A stretch of 64,000 nucleotides of DNA, from contig CAXHJY010000928.1 in the NCBI GenBank assembly GCA_964016885.1, positions 496,001 to 560,000 of the forward strand, given 5' to 3'. The notes under the pieces are model-generated. The model ran no database searches, had not been told where the DNA came from, and was given only the letters and a program-made list of their open reading frames with translations. A program made the translations under genes and the position numbers. Shown one piece after another: positions 1 to 14,800 of the stretch; the stretch's first letter is position 1; each line of letters begins with the position of its first letter. Source of the DNA: Eledone cirrhosa (taxonomy: Eukaryota).

Positions 1-3000
1 ACTTACTACACTGTCATCATTGTGTTAGTGATGTTATGAGAGAGACATGAGACAACACTTACTACACTGTCATCATTGTATTAGTGATGTTATGAGAGAC
101 AAGAGACAACACTTACTACACTGTCATCATTGTGTTAGTGATGTTATGAGAGACACAAGAGACAACACTTACTACGCTGTCATCATTGTGTTAGTGATGT
201 TATGAGAGAGACATGAGACTACACTTACTACACTGTCATCATTGTGTTAGTGATGTTATGAGAGAGACATGAGACAACACTTACTACACTGTCTTCATTG
301 TTAGTGATGTTATGAGAGACACAAGAGACAATACTTACTACGCTGTCATCATTGTGTTAGTGATGTTATGAGAGAGACATGAGACAACACTTACTACACT
401 GTCATCATTGTATTAGTGATGTTATGAGAGAGACAAGAGACAACACTTACTACACTGTCATCATTGTTAGTGATGTTATGAGAGACACAAGAGACAACAC
501 TTACTACACTGTCATCATTGTGTTAGTGATGTTATGAGAGAGACATGAGACAACACTTACTACACTGTCATCATTGTATTAGTGATGTTATGAGAGAGAC
601 AAGAGACAACACTTACTACACTGTCAGCATTGTGTTAGTGATGTTTTGAGAGACATGAGACACTTACTACACTGTCATCATTGTGTTAGCGATGTTATAA
701 TAGAGACATGAGACAACACTTACTACACTGTCATCATTGTGTAGTGATGTTATGAGAGACACAAGAGACAACACTTACTACACTGTCATCATTGTGTTAC
801 TGATGTTATGAGAGAGACATGAGACAACACTTACTACACTGTCATCATTGTGTTAGTGATGTTATGAGAGAGACATGAGACAACACTTACTACACTGTCA
901 TCATTGTATTAGTGATGTTATGAGAGAGACAAGAGACAACACTTACTACACTGTCATCATTGTGTTAGTGATGTTATGAGAGACACAAGCTACAACACTT
1001 ACTACGCTGTCATCATTGTGTTAGTGATGTTATGAGAGAGACATGAGACTACACTTACTACACTGTCATCATTGTGTTAGTGATGTTATGAGAGAGACAT
1101 GAGACAACACTTACTACACTGTCATCATTGTGTTAGTGATGTTATGAGAGACACAAGAGACAACACTTACTACGCTGTCATCATTGTGTTAGTGATGTTA
1201 TGAGAGAGACATGAGACTACACTTACTACACTGTCATCATTGTGTTAGTGATGTTATGAGAGACACAAGAGACAACACTTACTACGCTGTCATCATTGTG
1301 TTAGTGATGTTATGAGAGAGACATGAGACTACACTGTCATCATTGTGTTAGTGATGTTATGAGAGAGACATGAGACAACACTTACTACACTGTCATCATT
1401 GTGTTAGTGATGTTATGAGAGACACAAGAGACAACACTTACTACGCTGTCATCATTGTGTTAGTGATGTTATGAGAGAGACATGAGACTACACTTACTAC
1501 ACTGTCATCATTGTGTTAGTGATGTTATGAGAGACACAAGAGACAACACTTACTACGCTGTCATCATTGTGTTAGTGATGTTATGAGAGAGACATGAGAC
1601 TACACTTACTACACTGTCATCATTGTGTTAGTGATGTTATGAGAGAGACATGAGACAACACTTACTACACTGTCATCATTGTGTTAGTGATGTTATGAGA
1701 GACACAAGAGACAACACTTACTACGCTGTCATCATTGTGTTAGTGATGTTATGAGAGAGACATGAGACTACACTTACTACACTGTCATCATTGTGTTAGT
1801 GATGTTATGAGAGAGACATGAGACAACACTTACTACACTGTCATCATTGTTAGTGATGTTATGAGAGACACAAGAGACAACACTTACTACGCTGTCATCA
1901 TTGTGTTAGTGATGTTATGAGAGAGACATGAGACAACACTTACTACACTGTCATCATTGTATTAGTGATGTTATGAGAGAGACAAGAGACAACACTTACT
2001 ACACTGTCATCATTGATAGTGATGTTATGAGAGACACAAGAGACAACACTTACTACACTGTCATCATTGTGTTAGTGATGTTATGAGAGAGACATGAGAC
2101 AACACTTACTACACTGTCATCATTGTATTAGTGATGTTATGAGAGAGACAAGAGACAACACTTACTACACTGTCAGCATTGTGTTAGTGATGTTTTGAGA
2201 GACATGAGACACTTACTACACTGTCATCATTGTGTTAGCGATGTTATAAGAGAGACATGAGACAACACTTACTACACTGTCATCATTGTGTAGTGATGTT
2301 ATGAGAGACACAAGAGACAACACTTACTACACTGTCATCATTGTGTTACTGATGTTATGAGAGAGACATGAGACAACACTTACTACACTGTCATCATTGT
2401 GTTAGTGATGTTATGAGAGAGACATGAGACAACACTTACTACACTGTCATCATTGTATTAGTGATGTTATGAGAGAGACAAGAGACAACACGTACTACAC
2501 TGTCATCATTGTGTTAGTGATGTTATGAGAGACACAAGAGACAACACTTACTACGCTGTCATCATTGTGTTAGTGATGTTATGAGAGAGACATGAGACTA
2601 CACTTACTACACTGTCATCATTGTGTTAGTGATGTTATGAGAGAGACATGAGACTACACTTACTACACTGTCATCATTGTGTTAGTGATGTTATGAGAGA
2701 CACAAGAGACAACACTTACTACGCTGTCATTGTATTAGTGGTGTTATGAGAGAGACATGAGACAACACTTACTACACTGTCATCATCGTGTTAGTGATGT
2801 TATGAGAGACACAAGAGACAACACTTACTACACTTTCATCATTGTGTTAGTGATGTTTTGAGAGAGACATGAGACAACACTTACTACACTGTCATCATTG
2901 TGTTAGTGATGTTATGAGAGAGACATGAGACAACACTTACTACACTGTCATCATTGTATTAGTGATGTTATGAGAGACAAGAGACAACACTTACTACACT

Positions 3001-5820
3001 GTCATCATTGTGTTAGTGATGTTATGAGAGACACAAGAGACAACACTTACTACGCTGTCATCATTGTGTTAGTGATGTTATGAGAGAGACATGAGACTAC
3101 ACTTACTACACTGTCATCATTGTGTTAGTGATGTTATGAGAGAGACATGAGACAACACTTACTACACTGTCTTCATTGTTAGTGATGTTATGAGAGACAC
3201 AAGAGACAACACTTACTACGCTGTCATCATTGTGTTAGTGATGTTATGAGAGAGACATGAGACAACACTTACTACACTGTCATCATTGTATTAGTGATGT
3301 TATGAGAGAGACAAGAGACAACACTTACTACACTGTCATCATTGTTAGTGATGTTATGAGAGACACAAGAGACAACACTTACTACACTGTCATCATTGTG
3401 TTAGTGATGTTATGAGAGAGACATGAGACAACACTTACTACACTGTCATCATTGTATTAGTGATGTTATGAGAGAGACAAGAGACAACACTTACTACACT
3501 GTCAGCATTGTGTTAGTGATGTTTTGAGAGACATGAGACACTTACTACACTGTCATCATTGTGTTAGCGATGTTATAAGAGAGACATGAGACAACACTTA
3601 CTACACTGTCATCATTGTGTAGTGATGTTATGAGAGACACAAGAGACAACACTTACTACACTGTCATCATTGTGTTACTGATGTTATGAGAGAGACATGA
3701 GACAACACTTACTACACTGTCATCATTGTGTTAGTGATGTTATGAGAGAGACATGAGACAACACTTACTACACTGTCATCATTGTATTAGTGATGTTATG
3801 AGAGAGACAAGAGACAACACTTACTACACTGTCATCATTGTGTTAGTGATGTTATGAGAGACACAAGAGACAACACTTACTACGCTGTCATCATTGTGTT
3901 AGTGATGTTATGAGAGAGACATGAGACTACACTTACTACACTGTCATCATTGTGTTAGTGATGTTATGAGAGAGACATGAGACAACACTTACTACACTGT
4001 CATCATTGTGTTAGTGATGTTATGAGAGACACAAGAGACAACACTTACTACGCTGTCATCATTGTGTTAGTGATGTTATGAGAGAGACATGAGACTACAC
4101 TTACTACACTGTCATCATTGTGTTAGTGATGTTATGAGAGACACAAGAGACAACACTTACTACGCTGTCATCATTGTGTTAGTGATGTTATGAGAGAGAC
4201 ATGAGACTACACTGTCATCATTGTGTTAGTGATGTTATGAGAGAGACATGAGACAACACTTACTACACTGTCATCATTGTGTTAGTGATGTTATGAGAGA
4301 CACAAGAGACAACACTTACTACGCTGTCATCATTGTGTTAGTGATGTTATGAGAGAGACATGAGACTACACTTACTACACTGTCATCATTGTGTTAGTGA
4401 TGTTATGAGAGACACAAGAGACAACACTTACTACGCTGTCATCATTGTGTTAGTGATGTTATGAGAGAGACATGAGACTACACTTACTACACTGTCATCA
4501 TTGTGTTAGTGATGTTATGAGAGAGACATGAGACAACACTTACTACACTGTCATCATTGTGTTAGTGATGTTATGAGAGACACAAGAGACAACACTTACT
4601 ACGCTGTCATCATTGTGTTAGTGATGTTATGAGAGAGACATGAGACTACACTTACTACACTGTCATCATTGTGTTAGTGATGTTATGAGAGAGACATGAG
4701 ACAACACTTACTACACTGTCATCATTGTTAGTGATGTTATGAGAGACACAAGAGACAACACTTACTACGCTGTCATCATTGTGTTAGTGATGTTATGAGA
4801 GAGACATGAGACAACACTTACTACACTGTCATCATTGTATTAGTGATGTTATGAGAGAGACAAGAGACAACACTTACTACACTGTCATCATTGATAGTGA
4901 TGTTATGAGAGACACAAGAGACAACACTTACTACACTGTCATCATTGTGTTAGTGATGTTATGAGAGAGACATGAGACAACACTTACTACACTGTCATCA
5001 TTGTATTAGTGATGTTATGAGAGAGACAAGAGACAACACTTACTACACTGTCAGCATTGTGTTAGTGATGTTTTGAGAGACATGAGACACTTACTACACT
5101 GTCATCATTGTGTTAGCGATGTTATAAGAGAGACATGAGACAACACTTACTACACTGTCATCATTGTGTAGTGATGTTATGAGAGACACAAGAGACAACA
5201 CTTACTACACTGTCATCATTGTGTTACTGATGTTATGAGAGAGACATGAGACAACACTTACTACACTGTCATCATTGTGTTAGTGATGTTATGAGAGAGA
5301 CATGAGACAACACTTACTACACTGTCATCATTGTATTAGTGATGTTATGAGAGAGACAAGAGACAACACTTACTACACTGTCATCATTGTGTTAGTGATG
5401 TTATGAGAGACACAAGAGACAACACTTACTACGCTGTCATCATTGTGTTAGTGATGTTATGAGAGAGACATGAGACTACACTTACTACACTGTCATCATT
5501 GTGTTAGTGATGTTATGAGAGAGACATGAGACTACACTTACTACACTGTCATCATTGTGTTAGTGATGTTATGAGAGACACAAGAGACAACACTTACTAC
5601 GCTGTCATTGTATTAGTGGTGTTATGAGAGAGACATGAGACAACACTTACTACACTGTCATCATCGTGTTAGTGATGTTATGAGAGACACAAGAGACAAC
5701 ACTTACTACACTTTCATCATTGTGTTAGTGATGTTTTGAGAGAGACATGAGACAACACTTACTACACTGTCATCATTGTGTTAGTGATGTTATGAGAGAG
5801 ACATGAGACAACACTTACTA
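1..5820 (+). repeat. Two tandem copies of a 2,878-bp (52-monomer) higher-order repeat
   Basis: The 54-bp monomer at 57 recurs at 2935, and the 51-bp TCAGCATT monomer at 611 recurs at 3489 (both +2878). 52x56 minus 34 bp of counted deletions equals 2878. Confidence 0.92.
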
Positions 5821-8800
5821 CACTGTCATCATTGTGTTAGTGATGTTATGAGAGAGACATGAGACTACACTGTCATCATTGTATTAGTGATGTTATGAGA
5901 GAGGCAAGAGACAACACTTACTACACTGTCATCATTGTGTTAGTGTTGTTATGAGAGAGATGTTGAGACAGCACTTACTACACTGTCATCATTGTATTAG
6001 TGGTGTTATGAGAGAGACATGAGACAACACTTACTACACTGTCATAATTGTGTTAGTGATGTTATGAGAGAGACATGAGACTACACTTACTACACTGTCA
6101 TCATTGTTAGTGATGTTATGAGAGACACAAGAGACAACACTTACTACACTGTCATCATTGTGTTAGTGATGTTATGAGAGAGACATGAGACTACACTTAC
6201 TACACTGTCATCATTGTGTTAGTGATGTTATGAGAGACACAAGAGACAACACTTACTACACTGTCATCATTGTGTTAGTGATGTTATGAGAGAGATGTTG
6301 AGACAGCACTTACTACACTGTCATTGTATTAGTGGTGTTATGAGAGAGACATGAGACAACACTTACTACACTGTCATCATTGTATTAGTGGTGTTATGAG
6401 AGAGACATGAGACAACACTTACTACACTGTCATCATTGTGTTAGTGATGTTATGAGAGAGACATGAGACAACACTTACTACACTGTCATCATTGTATTAG
6501 TGATGTTATGAGAGAGACAAGAGACAACACTTACTACACTGTCATCATTGTTAGTGATGTTATGAGAGACACAAGAGACAACACTTACTACACTGTCATC
6601 ATTGTGTTAGCGATGTTATAAGAGAGACATGAGACAACACTTACTACACTGTCATCATTGTGTAGTGATGTTATGAGAGACACAAGAGACAACACTTACT
6701 ACACTGTCATCATTGTGTTACTGATGTTATGAGAGAGACATGAGACAACACTTACTACACTGTCATCATTGTGTTAGTGATGTTATGAGAGAGACATGAG
6801 ACAACACTTACTACACTGTCATCATTGTATTAGTGATGTTATGAGAGAGACAAGAGACAACACTTACTACACTGTCATCATTGTGTTAGTGATGTTATGA
6901 GAGACACAAGCGACAACACTTACTACGCTGTCATCATTGTGTTAGTGATGTTATGAGAGAGACATGAGACTACACTTACTACACTGTCATCATTGTGTTA
7001 GTGATGTTATGAGAGAGACATGAGACAACACTTACTACACTGTCATCATTGTGTTAGTGATGTTATGAGAGACACAAGAGACAACACTTACTACGCTGTC
7101 ATCATTGTGTTAGTGATGTTATGAGAGAGACATGAGACTACACTTACTACACTGTCATCATTGTGTTAGTGATGTTATGAGAGACACAAGAGACAACACT
7201 TACTACGCTGTCATCATTGTGTTAGTGATGTTATGAGAGAGACATGAGACTACACTGTCATCATTGTGTTAGTGATGTTATGAGAGAGACATGAGACAAC
7301 ACTTACTACACTGTCATCATTGTGTTAGTGATGTTATGAGAGACACAAGAGACAACACTTACTACGCTGTCATCATTGTGTTAGTGATGTTATGAGAGAG
7401 ACATGAGACTACACTTACTACACTGTCATCATTGTGTTAGTGATGTTATGAGAGACACAAGAGACAACACTTACTACGCTGTCATCATTGTGTTAGTGAT
7501 GTTATGAGAGAGACATGAGACTACACTTACTACACTGTCATCATTGTGTTAGTGATGTTATGAGAGAGACATGAGACAACACTTACTACACTGTCATCAT
7601 TGTGTTAGTGATGTTATGAGAGACACAAGAGACAACACTTACTACGCTGTCATCATTGTGTTAGTGATGTTATGAGAGAGACATGAGACTACACTTACTA
7701 CACTGTCATCATTGTGTTAGTGATGTTATGAGAGAGACATGAGACAACACTTACTACACTGTCATCATTGTTAGTGATGTTATGAGAGACACAAGAGACA
7801 ACACTTACTACGCTGTCATCATTGTGTTAGTGATGTTATGAGAGAGACATGAGACAACACTTACTACACTGTCATCATTGTATTAGTGATGTTATGAGAG
7901 AGACAAGAGACAACACTTACTACACTGTCATCATTGATAGTGATGTTATGAGAGACACAAGAGACAACACTTACTACACTGTCATCATTGTGTTAGTGAT
8001 GTTATGAGAGAGACATGAGACAACACTTACTACACTGTCATCATTGTATTAGTGATGTTATGAGAGAGACAAGAGACAACACTTACTACACTGTCAGCAT
8101 TGTGTTAGTGATGTTTTGAGAGACATGAGACACTTACTACACTGTCATCATTGTGTTAGCGATGTTATAAGAGAGACATGAGACAACACTTACTACACTG
8201 TCATCATTGTGTAGTGATGTTATGAGAGACACAAGAGACAACACTTACTACACTGTCATCATTGTGTTACTGATGTTATGAGAGAGACATGAGACAACAC
8301 TTACTACACTGTCATCATTGTGTTAGTGATGTTATGAGAGAGACATGAGACAACACTTACTACACTGTCATCATTGTATTAGTGATGTTATGAGAGAGAC
8401 AAGAGACAACACTTACTACACTGTCATCATTGTGTTAGTGATGTTATGAGAGACACAAGAGACAACACTTACTACGCTGTCATCATTGTGTTAGTGATGT
8501 TATGAGAGAGACATGAGACTACACTTACTACACTGTCATCATTGTGTTAGTGATGTTATGAGAGAGACATGAGACTACACTTACTACACTGTCATCATTG
8601 TGTTAGTGATGTTATGAGAGACACAAGAGACAACACTTACTACGCTGTCATTGTATTAGTGGTGTTATGAGAGAGACATGAGACAACACTTACTACACTG
8701 TCATCATCGTGTTAGTGATGTTATGAGAGACACAAGAGACAACACTTACTACACTTTCATCATTGTGTTAGTGATGTTTTGAGAGAGACATGAGACAACA

Positions 8801-11800
8801 CTTACTACACTGTCATCATTGTGTTAGTGATGTTATGAGAGAGACATGAGACAACACTTACTACACTGTCATCATTGTATTAGTGATGTTATGAGAGACA
8901 AGAGACAACACTTACTACACTGTCATCATTGTGTTAGTGATGTTATGAGAGACACAAGAGACAACACTTACTACGCTGTCATCATTGTGTTAGTGATGTT
9001 ATGAGAGAGACATGAGACTACACTTACTACACTGTCATCATTGTGTTAGTGATGTTATGAGAGAGACATGAGACAACACTTACTACACTGTCTTCATTGT
9101 TAGTGATGTTATGAGAGACACAAGAGACAACACTTACTACGCTGTCACCATTGTGTTAGTGATGTTATGAGAGAGACATGAGACAACACTTACTACACTG
9201 TCATCATTGTATTAGTGATGTTATGAGAGAGACAAGAGACAACACTTACTACACTGTCATCATTGTTAGTGATGTTATGAGAGACACAAGAGACAACACT
9301 TACTACACTGTCATCATTGTGTTAGTGATGTTATGAGAGAGACATGAGACAACACTTACTACACTGTCATCATTGTATTAGTGATGTTATGAGAGAGACA
9401 AGAGACAACACTTACTACACTGTCAGCATTGTGTTAGTGATGTTTTGAGAGACATGAGACACTTACTACACTGTCATCATTGTGTTAGCGATTTTATAAG
9501 AGAGACATGAGACAACACTTACTACACTGTCATCATTGTGTAGTGATGTTATGAGAGACACAAGAGACAACACTTACTACACTGTCATCATTGTGTTACT
9601 GATGTTATGAGAGAGACATGAGACAACACTTACTACACTGTCATCATTGTATTAGTGATGTTATGAGAGAGACAAGAGACAACACTTACTACACTGTCAT
9701 CATTGTGTTAGTGATGTTATGAGAGACACAAGAGACAACACTTACTACGCTGTCATCATTGTGTTAGTGATGTTATGAGAGAGACATGAGACTACACTTA
9801 CTACACTGTCATCATTGTGTTAGTGATGTTATGAGAGAGACATGAGACAACACTTACTACACTGTCATCATTGTGTTAGTGATGTTATGAGAGACACAAG
9901 AGACAACACTTACTACGCTGTCATCATTGTGTTAGTGATGTTATGAGAGAGACATGAGACTACACTTACTACACTGTCATCATTTTGTTAGTGATGTTAT
10001 GAGAGACACAAGAGACAACACTTACTACGCTGTCATCATTGTGTTAGTGATGTTATGAGAGAGACATGAGACTACACTGTCATCATTGTGTTAGTGATGT
10101 TATGAGAGAGACATGAGACAACACTTACTACACTGTCATCATTGTGTTAGTGATGTTATGAGAGACACAAGAGACAACACTTACTACGCTGTCATCATTG
10201 TGTTAGTGATGTTATGAGAGAGACATGAGACTACACTTACTACACTGTCATCATTGTGTTAGTGATGTTATGAGAGACACAAGAGACAACACTTACTACG
10301 CTGTCATCATTGTGTTAGTGATGTTATGAGAGAGACATGAGACTACACTTACTACACTGTCATCATTGTGTTAGTGATGTTATGAGAGAGACATGAGACA
10401 ACACTTACTACACTGTCATCATTGTGTTAGTGATGTTATGAGAGACACAAGAGACAACACTTACTACGCTGTCATCATTGTGTTAGTGATGTTATGAGAG
10501 AGACATGAGACTACACTTACTACACTGTCATCATTGTGTTAGTGATGTTATGAGAGAGACATGAGACAACACTTACTACACTGTCATCATTGTTAGTGAT
10601 GTTATGAGAGACACAAGAGACAACACTTACTACGCTGTCATCATTGTGTTAGTGATGTTATGAGAGAGACATGAGACAACACTTACTACACTGTCATCAT
10701 TGTATTAGTGATGTTATGAGAGAGACAAGAGACAACACTTACTACACTGTCATCATTGATAGTGATGTTATGAGAGACACAAGAGACAACACTTACTACA
10801 CTGTCATCATTGTGTTAGTGATGTTATGAGAGAGACATGAGACAACACTTACTACACTGTCATCATTGTATTAGTGATGTTATGAGAGAGACAAGAGACA
10901 ACACTTACTACACTGTCAGCATTGTGTTAGTGATGTTTTGAGAGACATGAGACACTTACTACACTGTCATCATTGTGTTAGCGATGTTATAAGAGAGACA
11001 TGAGACAACACTTACTACACTGTCATCATTGTGTAGTGATGTTATGAGAGACACAAGAGACAACACTTACTACACTGTCATCATTGTGTTACTGATGTTA
11101 TGAGAGAGACATGAGACAACACTTACTACACTGTCATCATTGTGTTAGTGATGTTATGAGAGAGACATGAGACAACACTTACTACACTGTCATCATTGTA
11201 TTAGTGATGTTATGAGAGAGACAAGAGACAACACTTACTACACTGTCATCATTGTGTTAGTGATGTTATGAGAGACACAAGAGACAACACTTACTACGCT
11301 GTCATCATTGTGTTAGTGATGTTATGAGAGAGACATGAGACTACACTTACTACACTGTCATCATTGTGTTAGTGATGTTATGAGAGAGACATGAGACTAC
11401 ACTTACTACACTGTCATCATTGTGTTAGTGATGTTATGAGAGACACAAGAGACAACACTTACTACGCTGTCATTGTATTAGTGGTGTTATGAGAGAGACA
11501 TGAGACAACACTTACTACACTGTCATCATCGTGTTAGTGATGTTATGAGAGACACAAGAGACAACACTTACTACACTTTCATCATTGTGTTAGTGATGTT
11601 TTGAGAGAGACATGAGACAACACTTACTACACTGTCATCATTGTGTTAGTGATGTTATGAGAGAGACATGAGACAACACTTACTACACTGTCATCATTGT
11701 GTTAGTGATGTTATGAGAGAGACATGAGACTACACTGTCATCATTGTATTAGTGATGTTATGAGAGAGGCAAGAGACAACACTTACTACACTGTCATCAT

Positions 11801-14800
11801 TGTGTTAGTGTTGTTATGAGAGAGATGTTGAGACAGCACTTACTACACTGTCATCATTGTATTAGTGGTGTTATGAGAGAGACATGAGACAACACTTACT
11901 ACACTGTCATAATTGTGTTAGTGATGTTATGAGAGAGACATGAGACTACACTTACTACACTGTCATCATTGTTAGTGATGTTATGAGAGACACAAGAGAC
12001 AACACTTACTACACTGTCATCATTGTGTTAGTGATGTTATGAGAGAGACATGAGACTACACTTACTACACTGTCATCATTGTGTTAGTGATGTTATGAGA
12101 GACACAAGAGACAACACTTACTACACTGTCATCATTGTGTTAGTGATGTTATGAGAGAGATGTTGAGACAGCACTTACTACACTGTCATTGTATTAGTGG
12201 TGTTATGAGAGAGACATGAGACAACACTTACTACACTGTCATCATTGTATTAGTGGTGTTATGAGAGAGACATGAGACAACACTTACTACACTGTCATCA
12301 TTGTGTTAGTGATGTTATGAGAGACACAAGAGACAACACTTACTACACTTTCATCATTGTGTTAGTGATGTTTTGAGAGAGACATGAGACAACACTTACT
12401 ACACTGTCATCATTGTGTTAGTGATGTTATGAGAGAGACATGAGACAACACTTACTACACTGTCATCATTGTATTAGTGATGTTATGAGAGACAAGAGAC
12501 AACACTTACTACACTGTCATCATTGTGTTAGTGATGTTATGAGAGACACAAGAGACAACACTTACTACACTGTCATCATTGTGTTAGTGATGTTATGAGA
12601 GACACAAGAGACAACACTTACTACACTGTCATCATTGTGTTAGTGATGTTATGAGAGAGACATGAGACAACACTTACTACACTGTCTTCATTGTTAGTGA
12701 TGTTATGAGAGACACAAGAGACAACACTTACTACGCTGTCACCATTGTGTTAGTGATGTTATGAGAGAGACATGAGACAACACTTACTACACTGTCATCA
12801 TTGTATTAGTGATGTTATGAGAGAGACAAGAGACAACACTTACTACACTGTCATCATTGTTAGTGATGTTATGAGAGACACAAGAGACAACACTTACTAC
12901 ACTGTCATCATTGTGTTAGTGATGTTATGAGAGAGACATGAGACAACACTTACTACACTGTCATCATTGTATTAGTGATGTTATGAGAGAGACAAGAGAC
13001 AACACTTACTACACTGTCAGCATTGTGTTAGTGATGTTTTGAGAGACATGAGACACTTACTACACTGTCATCATTGTGTTAGCGATGTTATAAGAGAGAC
13101 ATGAGACAACACTTACTACACTGTCATCATTGTGTAGTGATGTTATGAGAGACACAAGAGACAACACTTACTACACTGTCATCATTGTGTTACTGATGTT
13201 ATGAGAGAGACATGAGACAACACTTACTACACTGTCATCATTGTATTAGTGATGTTATGAGAGAGACAAGAGACAACACTTACTACACTGTCATCATTGT
13301 GTTAGTGATGTTATGAGAGACACAAGAGACAACACTTACTACGCTGTCATCATTGTGTTAGTGATGTTATGAGAGAGACATGAGACTACACTTACTACAC
13401 TGTCATCATTGTGTTAGTGATGTTATGAGAGAGACATGAGACAACACTTACTACACTGTCATCATTGTGTTAGTGATGTTATGAGAGACACAAGAGACAA
13501 CACTTACTACGCTGTCATCATTGTGTTAGTGATGTTATGAGAGAGACATGAGACTACACTTACTACACTGTCATCATTTTGTTAGTGATGTTATGAGAGA
13601 CACAAGAGACAACACTTACTACGCTGTCATCATTGTGTTAGTGATGTTATGAGAGAGACATGAGACTACACTGTCATCATTGTGTTAGTGATGTTATGAG
13701 AGAGACATGAGACAACACTTACTACACTGTCATCATTGTGTTAGTGATGTTATGAGAGACACAAGAGACAACACTTACTACGCTGTCATCATTGTGTTAG
13801 TGATGTTATGAGAGAGACATGAGACTACACTTACTACACTGTCATCATTGTGTTAGTGATGTTATGAGAGACACAAGAGACAACACTTACTACGCTGTCA
13901 TCATTGTGTTAGTGATGTTATGAGAGAGACATGAGACTACACTTACTACACTGTCATCATTGTGTTAGTGATGTTATGAGAGAGACATGAGACAACACTT
14001 ACTACACTGTCATCATTGTGTTAGTGATGTTATGAGAGACACAAGAGACAACACTTACTACGCTGTCATCATTGTGTTAGTGATGTTATGAGAGAGACAT
14101 GAGACTACACTTACTACACTGTCATCATTGTGTTAGTGATGTTATGAGAGAGACATGAGACAACACTTACTACACTGTCATCATTGTTAGTGATGTTATG
14201 AGAGACACAAGAGACAACACTTACTACGCTGTCATCATTGTGTTAGTGATGTTATGAGAGAGACATGAGACAACACTTACTACACTGTCATCATTGTATT
14301 AGTGATGTTATGAGAGAGACAAGAGACAACACTTACTACACTGTCATCATTGATAGTGATGTTATGAGAGACACAAGAGACAACACTTACTACACTGTCA
14401 TCATTGTGTTAGTGATGTTATGAGAGAGACATGAGACAACACTTACTACACTGTCATCATTGTGTTAGTGATGTTATGAGAGACACAAGAGACAACACTT
14501 ACTACGCTGTCATCATTGTGTTAGTGATGTTATGAGAGAGACATGAGACTACACTTACTGCACTGTCATCATTGTGTTAGTGATGTTATGAGAGAGACAT
14601 GAGACAACACTTACTACACTGTCATCATTGTTAGTGATGTTATGAGAGACACAAGAGACAACACTTACTACGCTGTCATCATTGTGTTAGTGATGTTATG
14701 AGAGAGACATGAGACAACACTTACTACACTGTCATCATTGTATTAGTGATGTTATGAGAGAGACAAGAGACAACACTTACTACACTGTCATCATTGATAG

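Noticed and set aside
20-45. Telomeric repeat or G-quadruplex (TTAGTG resembles TTAGGG)
   Set aside because: It is a single degenerate hexamer per monomer with no G-runs, so there is no short telomeric period and no G4 motif.
38-47. (GA)n microsatellite or GAGA-factor sites
   Set aside because: Only four GA units, integral to the monomer. Binding cannot be supported without knowing the organism or having data.
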